UHGV virus genome: UHGV-0175781
Direction: 5' to 3' (one strand)
Length of the DNA: 44,119 bases
Source: a virus
The first letter of the stretch is position 1. Each line of letters begins with the position of its first letter. Both the position numbers and the translations under genes were made by a program. Positions 16,130 through 24,870 of the stretch are shown piece by piece. The notes under the pieces were generated by a model. The model was given only the letters and a program-made list of their open reading frames with translations, had not been told where the DNA came from and made no database searches.

Positions 16130-16607
16130 TAACGGTCTACGATTTACGGCAGCATGGGAGGCTTTCAGCCCGGTGCCGTATTTCGCGACCAAGAAAGAGC
16201 AGGCCCGCGGCCTGTACACCTGGGGTTATGGTCATACTGGCACTAATCCGCCACGAAGCATTACCCGCGAGGAAGCGCTGGCATTGCTCAAGCGCGATGT
16301 GGCGTATGCCGAGGGCTGGGTGAACAAATACGCACATCCGAGCATTAACCAGGCGCAATTTGACGCGCTGGTGGACCTGGTAATCAACGCCGGTCCGGGT
16401 CCGATCGTACCGGATGGCGTCGCGAATGATTTCGATGACGCGGTGCGGTTGGGCGACTGGGCGAAGGTACGTGCTACGCTGCCGCTGTTCCGCAAGCAAG
16501 GCGGGGAAGTGCTTAAGGGTCTGGTGCGCCGTGCAATCGGCAGACAGGCGTTGTTTGATGGTAAGCAGTGGGACGTTGCCGAGAAAATCGGGCGTAACGC
16601 CGCATAA
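16116..16607 (+). CDS. endolysin, GH24 lysozyme (T4 / lambda R type)
   Basis: 163 aa; WEAF...GLYTWGYGHTG matches the GH24 catalytic region; no N-terminal signal-anchor. Confidence 0.85.
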   Translation: MRFSDNGLRFTAAWEAFSPVPYFATKKEQARGLYTWGYGHTGTNPPRSITREEALALLKRDVAYAEGWVNKYAHPSINQAQFDALVDLVINAGPGPIVPDGVANDFDDAVRLGDWAKVRATLPLFRKQGGEVLKGLVRRAIGRQALFDGKQWDVAEKIGRNAA

Positions 16608-16622
16608 TACGAGGTAACACAG

Positions 16623-16785
16623 TATGTTAAAAAGCATTCTTGATCATAACGCTGACGCGCTCGCCGCGCTGGCTAAAACCGAAGATCCGGGCGCTCGCGC
16701 TATCATCGCGGACACTATCAGCCACGCTGGGGTCTTCGATGCGAAGCTGCCAAGCCCACCACCGTCCGCAGAGCCAGAAGAGTAA
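16623..16785 (+). CDS. small hypothetical protein (54 aa)
   Basis: hand-found ORF with GAGG SD, followed by a terminator. Confidence 0.3.
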
Positions 16786-16791
16786 ACAATC

Positions 16792-16818
16792 AAGCCCGGT
16801 ATTATCCGGGCTTTTTAT
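16792..16818 (+). terminator. rho-independent terminator (AAGCCCGG-TATTAT-CCGGGCTT plus T5)
   Basis: seen in sequence after the lysis cassette. Confidence 0.6.
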
Positions 16819-16881
16819 TGCCCGCCTCAATAAGTCCCATGATATATTGTCCCCAGTACACTAATCAGGAATTAATTAAAT

Positions 16882-18024
16882 ATGCACCCGCAAACTAAAA
16901 TTACCGATGAGCAATTGATCGCAGAAATTCAGGCAGGGACTACGGTTAAAGAGATTGCGAAGAAATACGGTATTGCCCTCCGAAACGTCTACATGCGGAA
17001 AGCCCGCCTGTCGAAAAAAGGCATTGGACACGGCAATGATACCGTAATCCGCAAGCGCGTTGCTGATGGCTTCGGTGTTAAGCGCGTATCTGCCTTGGTG
17101 CGCGGCAATGGCGAAGAGGTCATGTCGTGGGTCATCACTGAGCAGGACAAGGAGCGCCAACTCGAAGCCATGCGCGCTGTTGTCGAGGGTATGAACAGCG
17201 AAATCACACCGGCAGCGCCAGTAAAATCCCCTCCAGTACCGATCCAGGCGCTTGACTTGCTCAACCTGTACACCGTGTCAGACTTCCACCTGGGCATGTT
17301 GGCATGGGGCGAGGAGACTGGCGAAGACTGGGATATGGCGATCGCCGAAGACCTGTTCTACCGCTGGTTTGTCGAAGCCTTCGCACGCGCACCAGACGCA
17401 GGCACTGCCGTGATCAATATCCTCGGCGATATGGCGCACTTTGATAGCCTTGATGCCGTCACACCGGCAAGCGGTCACGTACTTGACGCTGACACCAGAT
17501 ACCAGAAGTTGGTCCGCTACATGATTCGCATGGTGCGCAACGTGGTAGACCTGGCGCTGCAAAAACACCACAAAGTCAAACTGCTAATCGTCCAGGGTAA
17601 TCATGACGAGTCGGGCATGATTTGGCTTGCTGAGATGTTCAACACGCTGTACGAGAACGAGCCGCGCGTCGATGTGGATACGTCCCCGGACGTCTACAAA
17701 ATGGTGCAGCACGGTAAGACCACGCTATTTTTCCACCACGGGCACAAAGCGCGATTCGATGCTATCGAGCAGGTTATGATCGCTAAATTCAGACAGGCGT
17801 TCGGGTCAAGCGAATACAGCTACGCGCACGTAGGTCATTTGCACCACCAGAAGATTGTCGAGTCTCGCAACATGATTGTTGAACAGCACCGGACGCTCGC
17901 AGCGAAAGACGCCTACGCCAGTCGTGGCGGTTGGATGTCCGGTCGCAGCGCAAACGTCATCACCTATAGCGCCAACTACGGCGAAGTAGCGCGCTTAACC
18001 ATTAGCCCGGAAATGTTGAAGTAA
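16882..18024 (+). CDS. HTH domain fused to calcineurin-like metallophosphoesterase
   Basis: 380 aa; N-terminal HTH TVKEIAKKYGIALRNVYMRKARL; phosphoesterase motifs DFHLG, GDMAHFD, GNHDE, HHGH, GHLHH. Confidence 0.7.
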   Translation: MHPQTKITDEQLIAEIQAGTTVKEIAKKYGIALRNVYMRKARLSKKGIGHGNDTVIRKRVADGFGVKRVSALVRGNGEEVMSWVITEQDKERQLEAMRAVVEGMNSEITPAAPVKSPPVPIQALDLLNLYTVSDFHLGMLAWGEETGEDWDMAIAEDLFYRWFVEAFARAPDAGTAVINILGDMAHFDSLDAVTPASGHVLDADTRYQKLVRYMIRMVRNVVDLALQKHHKVKLLIVQGNHDESGMIWLAEMFNTLYENEPRVDVDTSPDVYKMVQHGKTTLFFHHGHKARFDAIEQVMIAKFRQAFGSSEYSYAHVGHLHHQKIVESRNMIVEQHRTLAAKDAYASRGGWMSGRSANVITYSANYGEVARLTISPEMLK

Positions 18025-18154
18025 CGGCAACCCGTAAGCCTCCCAGCCTGCCGATTTGGTGGGCTTTTTTGTGCCTGTTATAATCCCAATTAGATGGCAG
18101 GGCCGTCTCCTATGTTGCCGATGGTCGGCGCATATGAACAAAAGGGCATATACC

Positions 18155-18706
18155 ATGGCAGAAATCAAAGTTAAGGGCCGACGCGCCAAACTGGACGGAC
18201 GAGTGGCTGTAACCCCGCGCCGTAAACCAGGCGAGCAAACCGAGCATACCAATCTCGGACCTGAGATCGAGTACGGCAAGCGCCGTAAAGGCGGCAAATG
18301 TGGACGCCCTACGGACTACCGATCCGTTTACTGCGACCAGCTTCGCCGCTATTTTGCCGACGCCGACGCCTGGCAGGTCAACTACTCCGATAAAGGCGCT
18401 GCGCAAGTAATCCCCCGCAACAAAATGCCAACCTTCGGTCGATTTGCCGCGGAAATCGGTGTGGGCGTAGCTTGCCTGTATCGCTGGGCGCGCGCACATG
18501 AGGAGTTCGCCGAGGCGATGGCTGACGCGATGGAGTTGCAGAAAACTTTCCTGATGGAAGCTGGCGGCGTGACCATCGCGGCGGGCTTCGCCACGTTCCT
18601 GCTTAAAGCCAACCACGGCGTACGCGACGATATCCCACTGGATGACGACGAAGATGATAACGGCGACGTCGTTGTCGAACCTACCGGCAAAGGCCAGGGC
18701 GAATAA
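18155..18706 (+). CDS. terminase small subunit (ORF extends to 18056)
   Basis: KMPTFGRFAAEIGVGVACLYRWARAHEEFAEAM...FLLKANHG resembles the Terminase_2 type TerS; stop overlaps TerL ATG. Confidence 0.7.
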   Translation: MAEIKVKGRRAKLDGRVAVTPRRKPGEQTEHTNLGPEIEYGKRRKGGKCGRPTDYRSVYCDQLRRYFADADAWQVNYSDKGAAQVIPRNKMPTFGRFAAEIGVGVACLYRWARAHEEFAEAMADAMELQKTFLMEAGGVTIAAGFATFLLKANHGVRDDIPLDDDEDDNGDVVVEPTGKGQGE

Positions 18707-20091
18707 TGCGTAACTATGCGGCGGAACACCGCGCACTGGAGCGCACGATCGCAAAGCGCAACCGACCACCACGCCCAACACGCGTTGCGCAGGCGGTGCG
18801 GCTTTACCAGCCTGATTGCCTTCCGCACCAGGTCGAACTACTGCGGGACACTAAGACTAAAATCCTCGGCCTGTGTTCTGGCTTCGGTGGCGGAAAGTCG
18901 TGGGTCGCTGCGCGTAAGGTCATCCAGCTTTTAACCCTGAACCCCGGTCATGATGGCATTGTTACGGAGCCGACTATTCCCCTCCTGGTTAAAATCATGT
19001 ATCCGGAACTGGAGAAGGCTTTCGACGAGGCTGGCTTCCGGTGGAAGTTCAACAAGCAGGACAAGATCTATAGCGTTCTGGTGAAAGGCAAATGGACCCG
19101 CGTGATCTGTGAATCAATGGAGAACTATACCCGCCTGATCGGGGTCAACGCCGCGTGGATTGTTGCCGACGAGTTCGACACCACGAAACAAGACGTCGCG
19201 CTGGCGGCATATCACAAATTGCTAGGTCGTCTGCGTGCGGGCTTCGTCCGCCAGTTCGTCATAGTATCCACGCCTGAAGGCTACCGGGCGATGTATCAAA
19301 TTTTCGAGGTGGAGAAGGATAGCCAAAAGCGCCTGATCCGGGCGAAGACCACCGACAACCACCATTTACCGGCAGACTTTATCGACACGCTGCGCAGTCA
19401 GTACCCGGCGAACCTGATTGATGCGTACCTGAACGGTCTGTTTGTTAACCTTACGTCGGGCGCGGTGTACAAGATGTTCAACCGCGATGAGAACGCCAGC
19501 ACCGAAGAAGTACAACCGGACGATACGCTGATTATCGGTATAGACTTTAACGTCACGAAAATGGCGGCGGTCGTGTATGTAAGACGGCAGCGTACCACCG
19601 AGAACAAGGAGTTCCGCGACGAGATTCACGCGGTGGATGAATTTGTGGACCTGTTTGACACCCCGGCTATGATTGAGGCGATCGAGGAGCGCTACCCGGA
19701 ACATTGTGCCGCCGGTAGGGTCGTCGTGTATCCGGATAGCAGCGGAAAATCCCGCAAAACGGTCAACGCGTCGTCGTCCGATATCGCGCAACTGGAAGAT
19801 GCGGGCTTCGAGGTGGAGTACGACAGCGTTAACCCACCTGTGAAAGACCGATTGATCGCGATGAATACGATGATGTGCAACTCGAAGGGTGTACGCCAGT
19901 ATTTTGTCAACCTGGATAAATGCCCTACACTAGCGAAATGTCTGGAACAGCAGGTTTACGACCTGAAGAAAGGCGAGCCGGATAAAACGGCCGGGGTGGA
20001 CCACATGAATGACGCAGCGGGCTATCCTATTGCGCACTTGTTCCCAGTGATTCGCCCAATCGCCGTTGTTCCAACTGTAGACTTCTACTAA
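18706..20091 (+). CDS. terminase large subunit
   Basis: 461 aa; Walker A-like GFGGGKSWVAA, Walker B WIVADEFD; position before portal. Confidence 0.85.
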   Translation: MRNYAAEHRALERTIAKRNRPPRPTRVAQAVRLYQPDCLPHQVELLRDTKTKILGLCSGFGGGKSWVAARKVIQLLTLNPGHDGIVTEPTIPLLVKIMYPELEKAFDEAGFRWKFNKQDKIYSVLVKGKWTRVICESMENYTRLIGVNAAWIVADEFDTTKQDVALAAYHKLLGRLRAGFVRQFVIVSTPEGYRAMYQIFEVEKDSQKRLIRAKTTDNHHLPADFIDTLRSQYPANLIDAYLNGLFVNLTSGAVYKMFNRDENASTEEVQPDDTLIIGIDFNVTKMAAVVYVRRQRTTENKEFRDEIHAVDEFVDLFDTPAMIEAIEERYPEHCAAGRVVVYPDSSGKSRKTVNASSSDIAQLEDAGFEVEYDSVNPPVKDRLIAMNTMMCNSKGVRQYFVNLDKCPTLAKCLEQQVYDLKKGEPDKTAGVDHMNDAAGYPIAHLFPVIRPIAVVPTVDFY

Positions 20092-20102
20092 GGAAACCGA
20101 CC

Positions 20103-21623
20103 ATGACCGTTAACGTTGACAACCAGCACCCGCGCTATGCACGCATCGCGCCAGAGTGGAAAATGATCCGTGACTGCGTAGCAGGGGAGCGCGCCGTAAA
20201 GGCGTGCGGGCCATTGTACCTGCCACACCCAGCCAGCGGCGACACCACCGACCCGAAATCGCGTGCGCGCTATAAGGCATATAAGCAACGTGCTGTCTTC
20301 CTGAATGCCACCGCCCGCACACTGAATGCCCTGTTAGGCGTCGCCTTCGCCAAACCGGTGAGTATTGACCTTTCCGGGGCAATGGCTGACCTGATTGATG
20401 ACGTAGACGGCAGCGGGATGCCGCTGGCGCAACTCCTGCGCGGAGCTATGTCGGAAGTGCTGCAATCGGGCCGCGCTGGCTTTATGGCGGACTACGACCG
20501 CCAGGCGCATTTTGACGAACTGGGTAACGTAGTGCCGCAGACAGCCGCTGAAATGGCGGCACACCGCCCGCTTATCCGCCTGTATACGGCGGAACAGATC
20601 ATTAACTGGCGACAGACCCACGGGGTCGACACGCTAATCGTGCTGAAGGAGACGGACGAAATCAGCACCGTAGACCCGGACGACTTCGCAAACCACGAAG
20701 TAACGATCTGGACTGAGCTTCGCATGATTGCGGGTAAGGCACACGCCCGCCGCTGGTTTTACAATGCGGACACGTCCGAGGTGCAAATGGACTTGCCGCG
20801 GGGATTCACCCGCACCGACCTTGTGCCACTGGTGGATGCCGCCGGTAACGCGCTTACGCAACTGCCTTTCTGTTGGTGTGGCGCGGTGGATAACAATGCA
20901 ACACCAGATGCCGCACCGCTGGCGGATATCGCGTCAATCAACATTAAGCACTACAACGCCGAAGCAGACGTCGCCGAGATTGCGCACATTGTGGGCCAAC
21001 CTACACTCATTGCGACCGGTCTGACCCAATCATGGGCGGATAAAAACCTGAAGGGCGGCATCGCGCTAGGGGCCACTAAAGGCGTCATCCTTGGTCAGAA
21101 CATGGACGCTAAACTGCTTCAGGCGGAGGAGCGAAACCTGTCAGTTGCGCTGTGTGAGCGACGCGAATTGCAAATGGCTAAACTGGGCGCGGCCCTGGTC
21201 GAGAAGGGGACCGCACCTAAGACGGCAACCGAGGCGGCCTATGATGCACAGACGGATAACAGTATCCTGTCACTGATCGCCGGTAACGTTGAGAAGGCTT
21301 TCAACCGTGCGCTGCAAATCGTCAAGCTGTTCACTGGCGACACCGCAGATCAACGCGTAACGCTGAATAAGTTCTACACCGAGATCACGGTGGACGCACA
21401 GCTTATGACCGCAATGATGGCGGGGGTGCAGACCGGTACGGTCCGTCTGGCGGACTTTATCAAGTGGATGATGGCCCAGGGCGTAATTGATGACTCGCAA
21501 ACCGTCGAGCAGGTGGAAGACGAACTGCGAAATCAGAATCCATTGCCTCAAATGTCCCCGGATGCGGTAGAATCTACCGAAGAAGACCCGGACAAGGTTG
21601 CGGACAATGGCGAAGACAATTAA
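20103..21623 (+). CDS. portal protein
   Basis: 506 aa, immediately after TerL, acidic C-terminus; call by position and size. Confidence 0.75.
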   Translation: MTVNVDNQHPRYARIAPEWKMIRDCVAGERAVKACGPLYLPHPASGDTTDPKSRARYKAYKQRAVFLNATARTLNALLGVAFAKPVSIDLSGAMADLIDDVDGSGMPLAQLLRGAMSEVLQSGRAGFMADYDRQAHFDELGNVVPQTAAEMAAHRPLIRLYTAEQIINWRQTHGVDTLIVLKETDEISTVDPDDFANHEVTIWTELRMIAGKAHARRWFYNADTSEVQMDLPRGFTRTDLVPLVDAAGNALTQLPFCWCGAVDNNATPDAAPLADIASINIKHYNAEADVAEIAHIVGQPTLIATGLTQSWADKNLKGGIALGATKGVILGQNMDAKLLQAEERNLSVALCERRELQMAKLGAALVEKGTAPKTATEAAYDAQTDNSILSLIAGNVEKAFNRALQIVKLFTGDTADQRVTLNKFYTEITVDAQLMTAMMAGVQTGTVRLADFIKWMMAQGVIDDSQTVEQVEDELRNQNPLPQMSPDAVESTEEDPDKVADNGEDN

Positions 21624-22710
21624 TCAATATATGGCGGATCGAATGATCCGCCGACACATCTTCACCCAGCGCCTGAGCAATGACCAGGCGCGAAGGGTGC
21701 TGGCTATGTGGGAGAAGTTCCGGCCTACGTTACTGGGAAAGCTGACTGAGTTGCTTGATGGCAAATCGTCAATGAACAACAAGGCACTTTCAACCCTGCT
21801 AACGCAAATCGACAAGACCGTAAAAACGGAACTGCGCGCCGAGTTTAAGGCGTTGGCTGAAAGCCTTCAGGAGTTTGCCGACACGGAGGCTGATTATCTC
21901 GCCGACACATTAACGGCAGCGATCCAGCCGGTGGTCGCCGTACCTGCAGTCGAGGTGGTTGGCGTAGTGACCGGTGCGCAGATCGCAGCGACTGCAATTA
22001 AAAACCCGTTCCAGGGTAATACGATGATGCAATGGCCTGACTCACTTTCTGAGTGGACCAGGACGCAGATCGGCAATCAGGTGCGCGCCGGATTCATCCA
22101 GGGCAAGCCGACTATGGAAATTATTGCGGACGTGAGGCGCGCGCTCGGCGGTCGTAGTGCGCAAGCTATCTCAAGCGTTGTTAAGTCCGCAGTCAACCAC
22201 TATGCGGCGACAGCCCGCGAACTAATGGTAAAAGCAAATGACGATATTCTCGAAGGTCGCCAATGGTTATCTACATTGGACACGCATACTTCTCCCATGT
22301 GCCAGCTACGCGATCGCCTGTTTTATCCGGTTGATGTTACTCCCGACACCAAAGGAAAGCGCGGCGGGAAAGTGGTGGCTGGATCACAATATGGCGCTGG
22401 TCCAGGCAAGCTACATTATTGCTGCCGTTCGACGGAGACGTGGAAAGTCAAAGGTATGGAAGATTGGCCCAGTGGTAAGCGTCCGGCGCTGAAGGCTGAC
22501 GCTGGCAGATTGCTGAGTGAGCAGGTCGACGCGCAGACTGATTTCTTCTCATGGGTGCAGCGCCAGCCGCGCCATATCCTGGAGGAATTATACGGGGTGC
22601 AACGCGCCGACCAGATTATGCGCGGCGTGAAAGTCCCGAAGATGTTCACCGATTCCGGCGAACTAATGACTATCGCACAGCTTAAAAACCGGGGGTTATG
22701 GCGTGATTAA
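21598..22710 (+). CDS. head morphogenesis protein (Mu F / SPP1 gp7-like minor head protein)
   Basis: 370 aa directly downstream of portal; call mainly by position. Confidence 0.55.
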   Translation: MRTMAKTINQYMADRMIRRHIFTQRLSNDQARRVLAMWEKFRPTLLGKLTELLDGKSSMNNKALSTLLTQIDKTVKTELRAEFKALAESLQEFADTEADYLADTLTAAIQPVVAVPAVEVVGVVTGAQIAATAIKNPFQGNTMMQWPDSLSEWTRTQIGNQVRAGFIQGKPTMEIIADVRRALGGRSAQAISSVVKSAVNHYAATARELMVKANDDILEGRQWLSTLDTHTSPMCQLRDRLFYPVDVTPDTKGKRGGKVVAGSQYGAGPGKLHYCCRSTETWKVKGMEDWPSGKRPALKADAGRLLSEQVDAQTDFFSWVQRQPRHILEELYGVQRADQIMRGVKVPKMFTDSGELMTIAQLKNRGLWRD

Positions 22711-23032
22711 ATATGCGGCTATTGGACTGGTTATGGGTCTGGCGGTAGGATTCTGGCTAGGTGACTCCTACCGCGCTGGCGTAGTGGCGAAGGCGGCGCA
22801 AGAAGCGCAATCCCAAGCCCAACGGCAGCAAACTAAAGTAATTGAGCGCTCCGTGCAGGCAGAACAAGCCCGCGACGTGGAATACCGGACTATCACAAAA
22901 GAGGTTGTTAAATATGTTACGCGCCCTAACCGCCCTGATTGTAGTTTTGACGCTGAGCGCGTGCGGATCAAGCAGCGTGCCGTTGATGCCGCTAACGGAA
23001 TCGGCACTGCGACCGCCGTGCAAGTTCGATAA
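22703..23032 (+). CDS. i-spanin (Rz-like)
   Basis: 109 aa; N-terminal transmembrane helix then charged periplasmic region rich in A/Q/E/R. Confidence 0.6.
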   Translation: MIKYAAIGLVMGLAVGFWLGDSYRAGVVAKAAQEAQSQAQRQQTKVIERSVQAEQARDVEYRTITKEVVKYVTRPNRPDCSFDAERVRIKQRAVDAANGIGTATAVQVR

Positions 23033-23144
23033 CCCGTCTGCGGACCCCGACGAAGATTTGATGATTGACGTGAAAAATATGGAATGCGGGGCGAAGCTAA
23101 GGGCGCAGGTGCTGGAGTTGCAGCAAATAATTAAGGGGCCATAA
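22914..23144 (+). CDS. o-spanin (Rz1-like outer-membrane lipoprotein), overlapping the i-spanin in another frame (ORF extends to 22842)
   Basis: MLRALTALIVVLTLSAC lipoprotein signal with lipobox LSAC; AAAGAGG SD; proline-rich mature part. Confidence 0.6.
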   Translation: MLRALTALIVVLTLSACGSSSVPLMPLTESALRPPCKFDNPSADPDEDLMIDVKNMECGAKLRAQVLELQQIIKGP

Positions 23145-23157
23145 TGGCCCCTTTTTC
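23134..23157 (+). terminator. rho-independent terminator (AGGGGCC-ATAAT-GGCCCCT plus T5)
   Basis: seen in sequence; o-spanin stop codon lies in the loop. Confidence 0.6.
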
Positions 23158-23158
23158 G

Positions 23159-23923
23159 TTAGCGAGGAATGCCGCAAATCTCGTTGAGTGTTTTCACATC
23201 CAGCGCCACCGCCGTGGATTTTGGCTTGTCCGGGTATGGGATGAATTGCTCAACTTCAGGCCATGCTTTAATCAGCTTCTTGTCAGTATTGTGCAGGTCC
23301 AGTACACCGGTAACGGTGAGTTTGAACGCGTCATACTTCGCACGCAACTCGCGACGTGCCTTGTCGTTGCGGTCCAGGCGCTTACAGAAGTCATGGTCCG
23401 CCGGGTAGTCTGCGCGACCGCGTGGGAGATATATCGGCAGCGCTTTCCCTTCCTCGTCCACTTCGCACACTGACGCGAGCATAACTGTCTCGAACCCCGG
23501 AACGATATCGCCGAGATCAGGCGAGAGCTTATTCATATATTTCTCTTCCCAGTATCCGCGATGTACGCGGTATTGGCGACCGTCACCGCTCAAGGACAAG
23601 GTGCGAACATTTCCGCCTGCGTTGATTTCAAAGGTGGCGTCGTAAACGCTGCCGATACCCTTCGGGCGGTCGGTGTTATAACTATACGTCGCCTTGTTGG
23701 CGTATACGCTGACGCCGTACATCTGCGACTGGTCATCGCGGATTGCCTTGATATGCTCGCGTAGCGCGGCGAATGTGCGAATGCCGTCCGGCATACAGTC
23801 CAGCGTGATTGCGTACGCCAGGTCGCGAGAGTCCATCATGATTGTTTTGGCTTCGGTAGCGATTTCGTGGTCGCGCAGGATGTTAGCTAGGATCTGATTT
23901 TTAATGTCTTTCGTCAGTCTCAT
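23159..23923 (-). CDS. hypothetical protein, opposite-strand insertion in the morphogenesis block (ORF extends to 23968)
   Basis: about 254 aa; GAGGA SD before internal ATG; own predicted promoter and flanking terminators; no recognisable motif. Confidence 0.6.
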   Translation of the reverse strand: MRLTKDIKNQILANILRDHEIATEAKTIMMDSRDLAYAITLDCMPDGIRTFAALREHIKAIRDDQSQMYGVSVYANKATYSYNTDRPKGIGSVYDATFEINAGGNVRTLSLSGDGRQYRVHRGYWEEKYMNKLSPDLGDIVPGFETVMLASVCEVDEEGKALPIYLPRGRADYPADHDFCKRLDRNDKARRELRAKYDAFKLTVTGVLDLHNTDKKLIKAWPEVEQFIPYPDKPKSTAVALDVKTLNEICGIPR

Positions 23924-23989
23924 TTTTATGTCCTCATTGTTGGTGTGCAACCAATATAGCGCAACCAATTCCCGCAGTGCAAGCGAATT

Positions 23990-24017
23990 TTGCGATTATT
24001 TTTATCGCTGATAATAT
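23990..24017 (+). promoter_or_regulatory. putative promoter for scaffold/capsid genes (-35 TTGCGA, 16-bp spacer, -10 TAATAT)
   Basis: seen in sequence upstream of 24072. Confidence 0.4.
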
Positions 24018-24071
24018 TAAGGCGTGAAGTCAAGCGGGTGGCCCGCTTTGCCACAATCCCAGGGGGATAGC

Positions 24072-24773
24072 ATGAAACTTACTAAAGCAGGATATGACGC
24101 GTTGCCAGAAGGCATGAAGGCGTTATTTGTTGCCGATGGCGATGGGTATAAATCCACGTTCATGACCGCCGAAGAAGTACAGGCGGAGATCAAGGGTCTG
24201 AAAGACAACAACGCGAAGCTGGTTAGCGAGAAGAAAGCAGAAGCCGAACGCCGCGCCGAAGCCGAGCGCCTTGCGAAAGAGAAAGAGGAAGCCGCCGCGC
24301 GCAAAAATGGCGACCTCGAAGCGATCGATAAGTCCTGGAAAGATAAGTTCGCAAAACATGAAGCAGACACAGCGGGAAAAATCGAAGCCTACCGCAAGCA
24401 GATCCACGATCTAACCATCGGCAGCGCTGCCAAAGATTTGGCCTCGAAGCTGTTCGGTAAGAATGCTGGAATCATGCAACGCCACGTAATGGACCGCCTG
24501 ACGCTGGAAGACGGCGAAGACGGCAGCTTGAAGGTGCGTGTCTTGCAGGATGGTAAACCGTCCGCGCTGACTATGGAAGAGCTTGAAAAAGAGTTCCGTA
24601 ATAACGCCGATTTTGCATCCGTCCTGGCTGGCACGCCAGCCGGTGGTGCGCCGAGCAAACCGACGCATGTTGTCGAAGATGTGAAGTCGAAAATCTCTAT
24701 GGGCCACAGCTTCGGCATCACCGATCTGACGAAACAGGCTGGTGAAATCATCGCTAAAATGGGCGACGAGTAA
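24072..24773 (+). CDS. putative head scaffolding protein (ORF extends to 24024)
   Basis: charged, Ala/Glu/Lys-rich sequence suggesting coiled coil; immediately upstream of major capsid gene; GGGGGA SD. Confidence 0.5.
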   Translation: MKLTKAGYDALPEGMKALFVADGDGYKSTFMTAEEVQAEIKGLKDNNAKLVSEKKAEAERRAEAERLAKEKEEAAARKNGDLEAIDKSWKDKFAKHEADTAGKIEAYRKQIHDLTIGSAAKDLASKLFGKNAGIMQRHVMDRLTLEDGEDGSLKVRVLQDGKPSALTMEELEKEFRNNADFASVLAGTPAGGAPSKPTHVVEDVKSKISMGHSFGITDLTKQAGEIIAKMGDE

Positions 24774-24778
24774 GCAAA

Positions 24779-24803
24779 TTGCCCGCGAAAGCGGGCAATT
24801 TTG
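24779..24803 (+). terminator. rho-independent terminator (TTGCCCGC-GAAA-GCGGGCAA plus T-run)
   Basis: seen in sequence. Confidence 0.55.
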
Positions 24804-24870
24804 CGAGCGCGTAAATCTAAGGTAACATTAACGGTACTGGGCGAATGCTCACAACTCAAAGGATTTCGAT

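Noticed and set aside
18029-18090. Possible terminator hairpin and promoter (TTGGTG-17-TATAAT) upstream of the terminase small subunit
   Set aside because: The hairpin is imperfect and the -35 is poor; the TATAAT could be chance in an AT-rich spacer. Not reported as a feature without transcript evidence.
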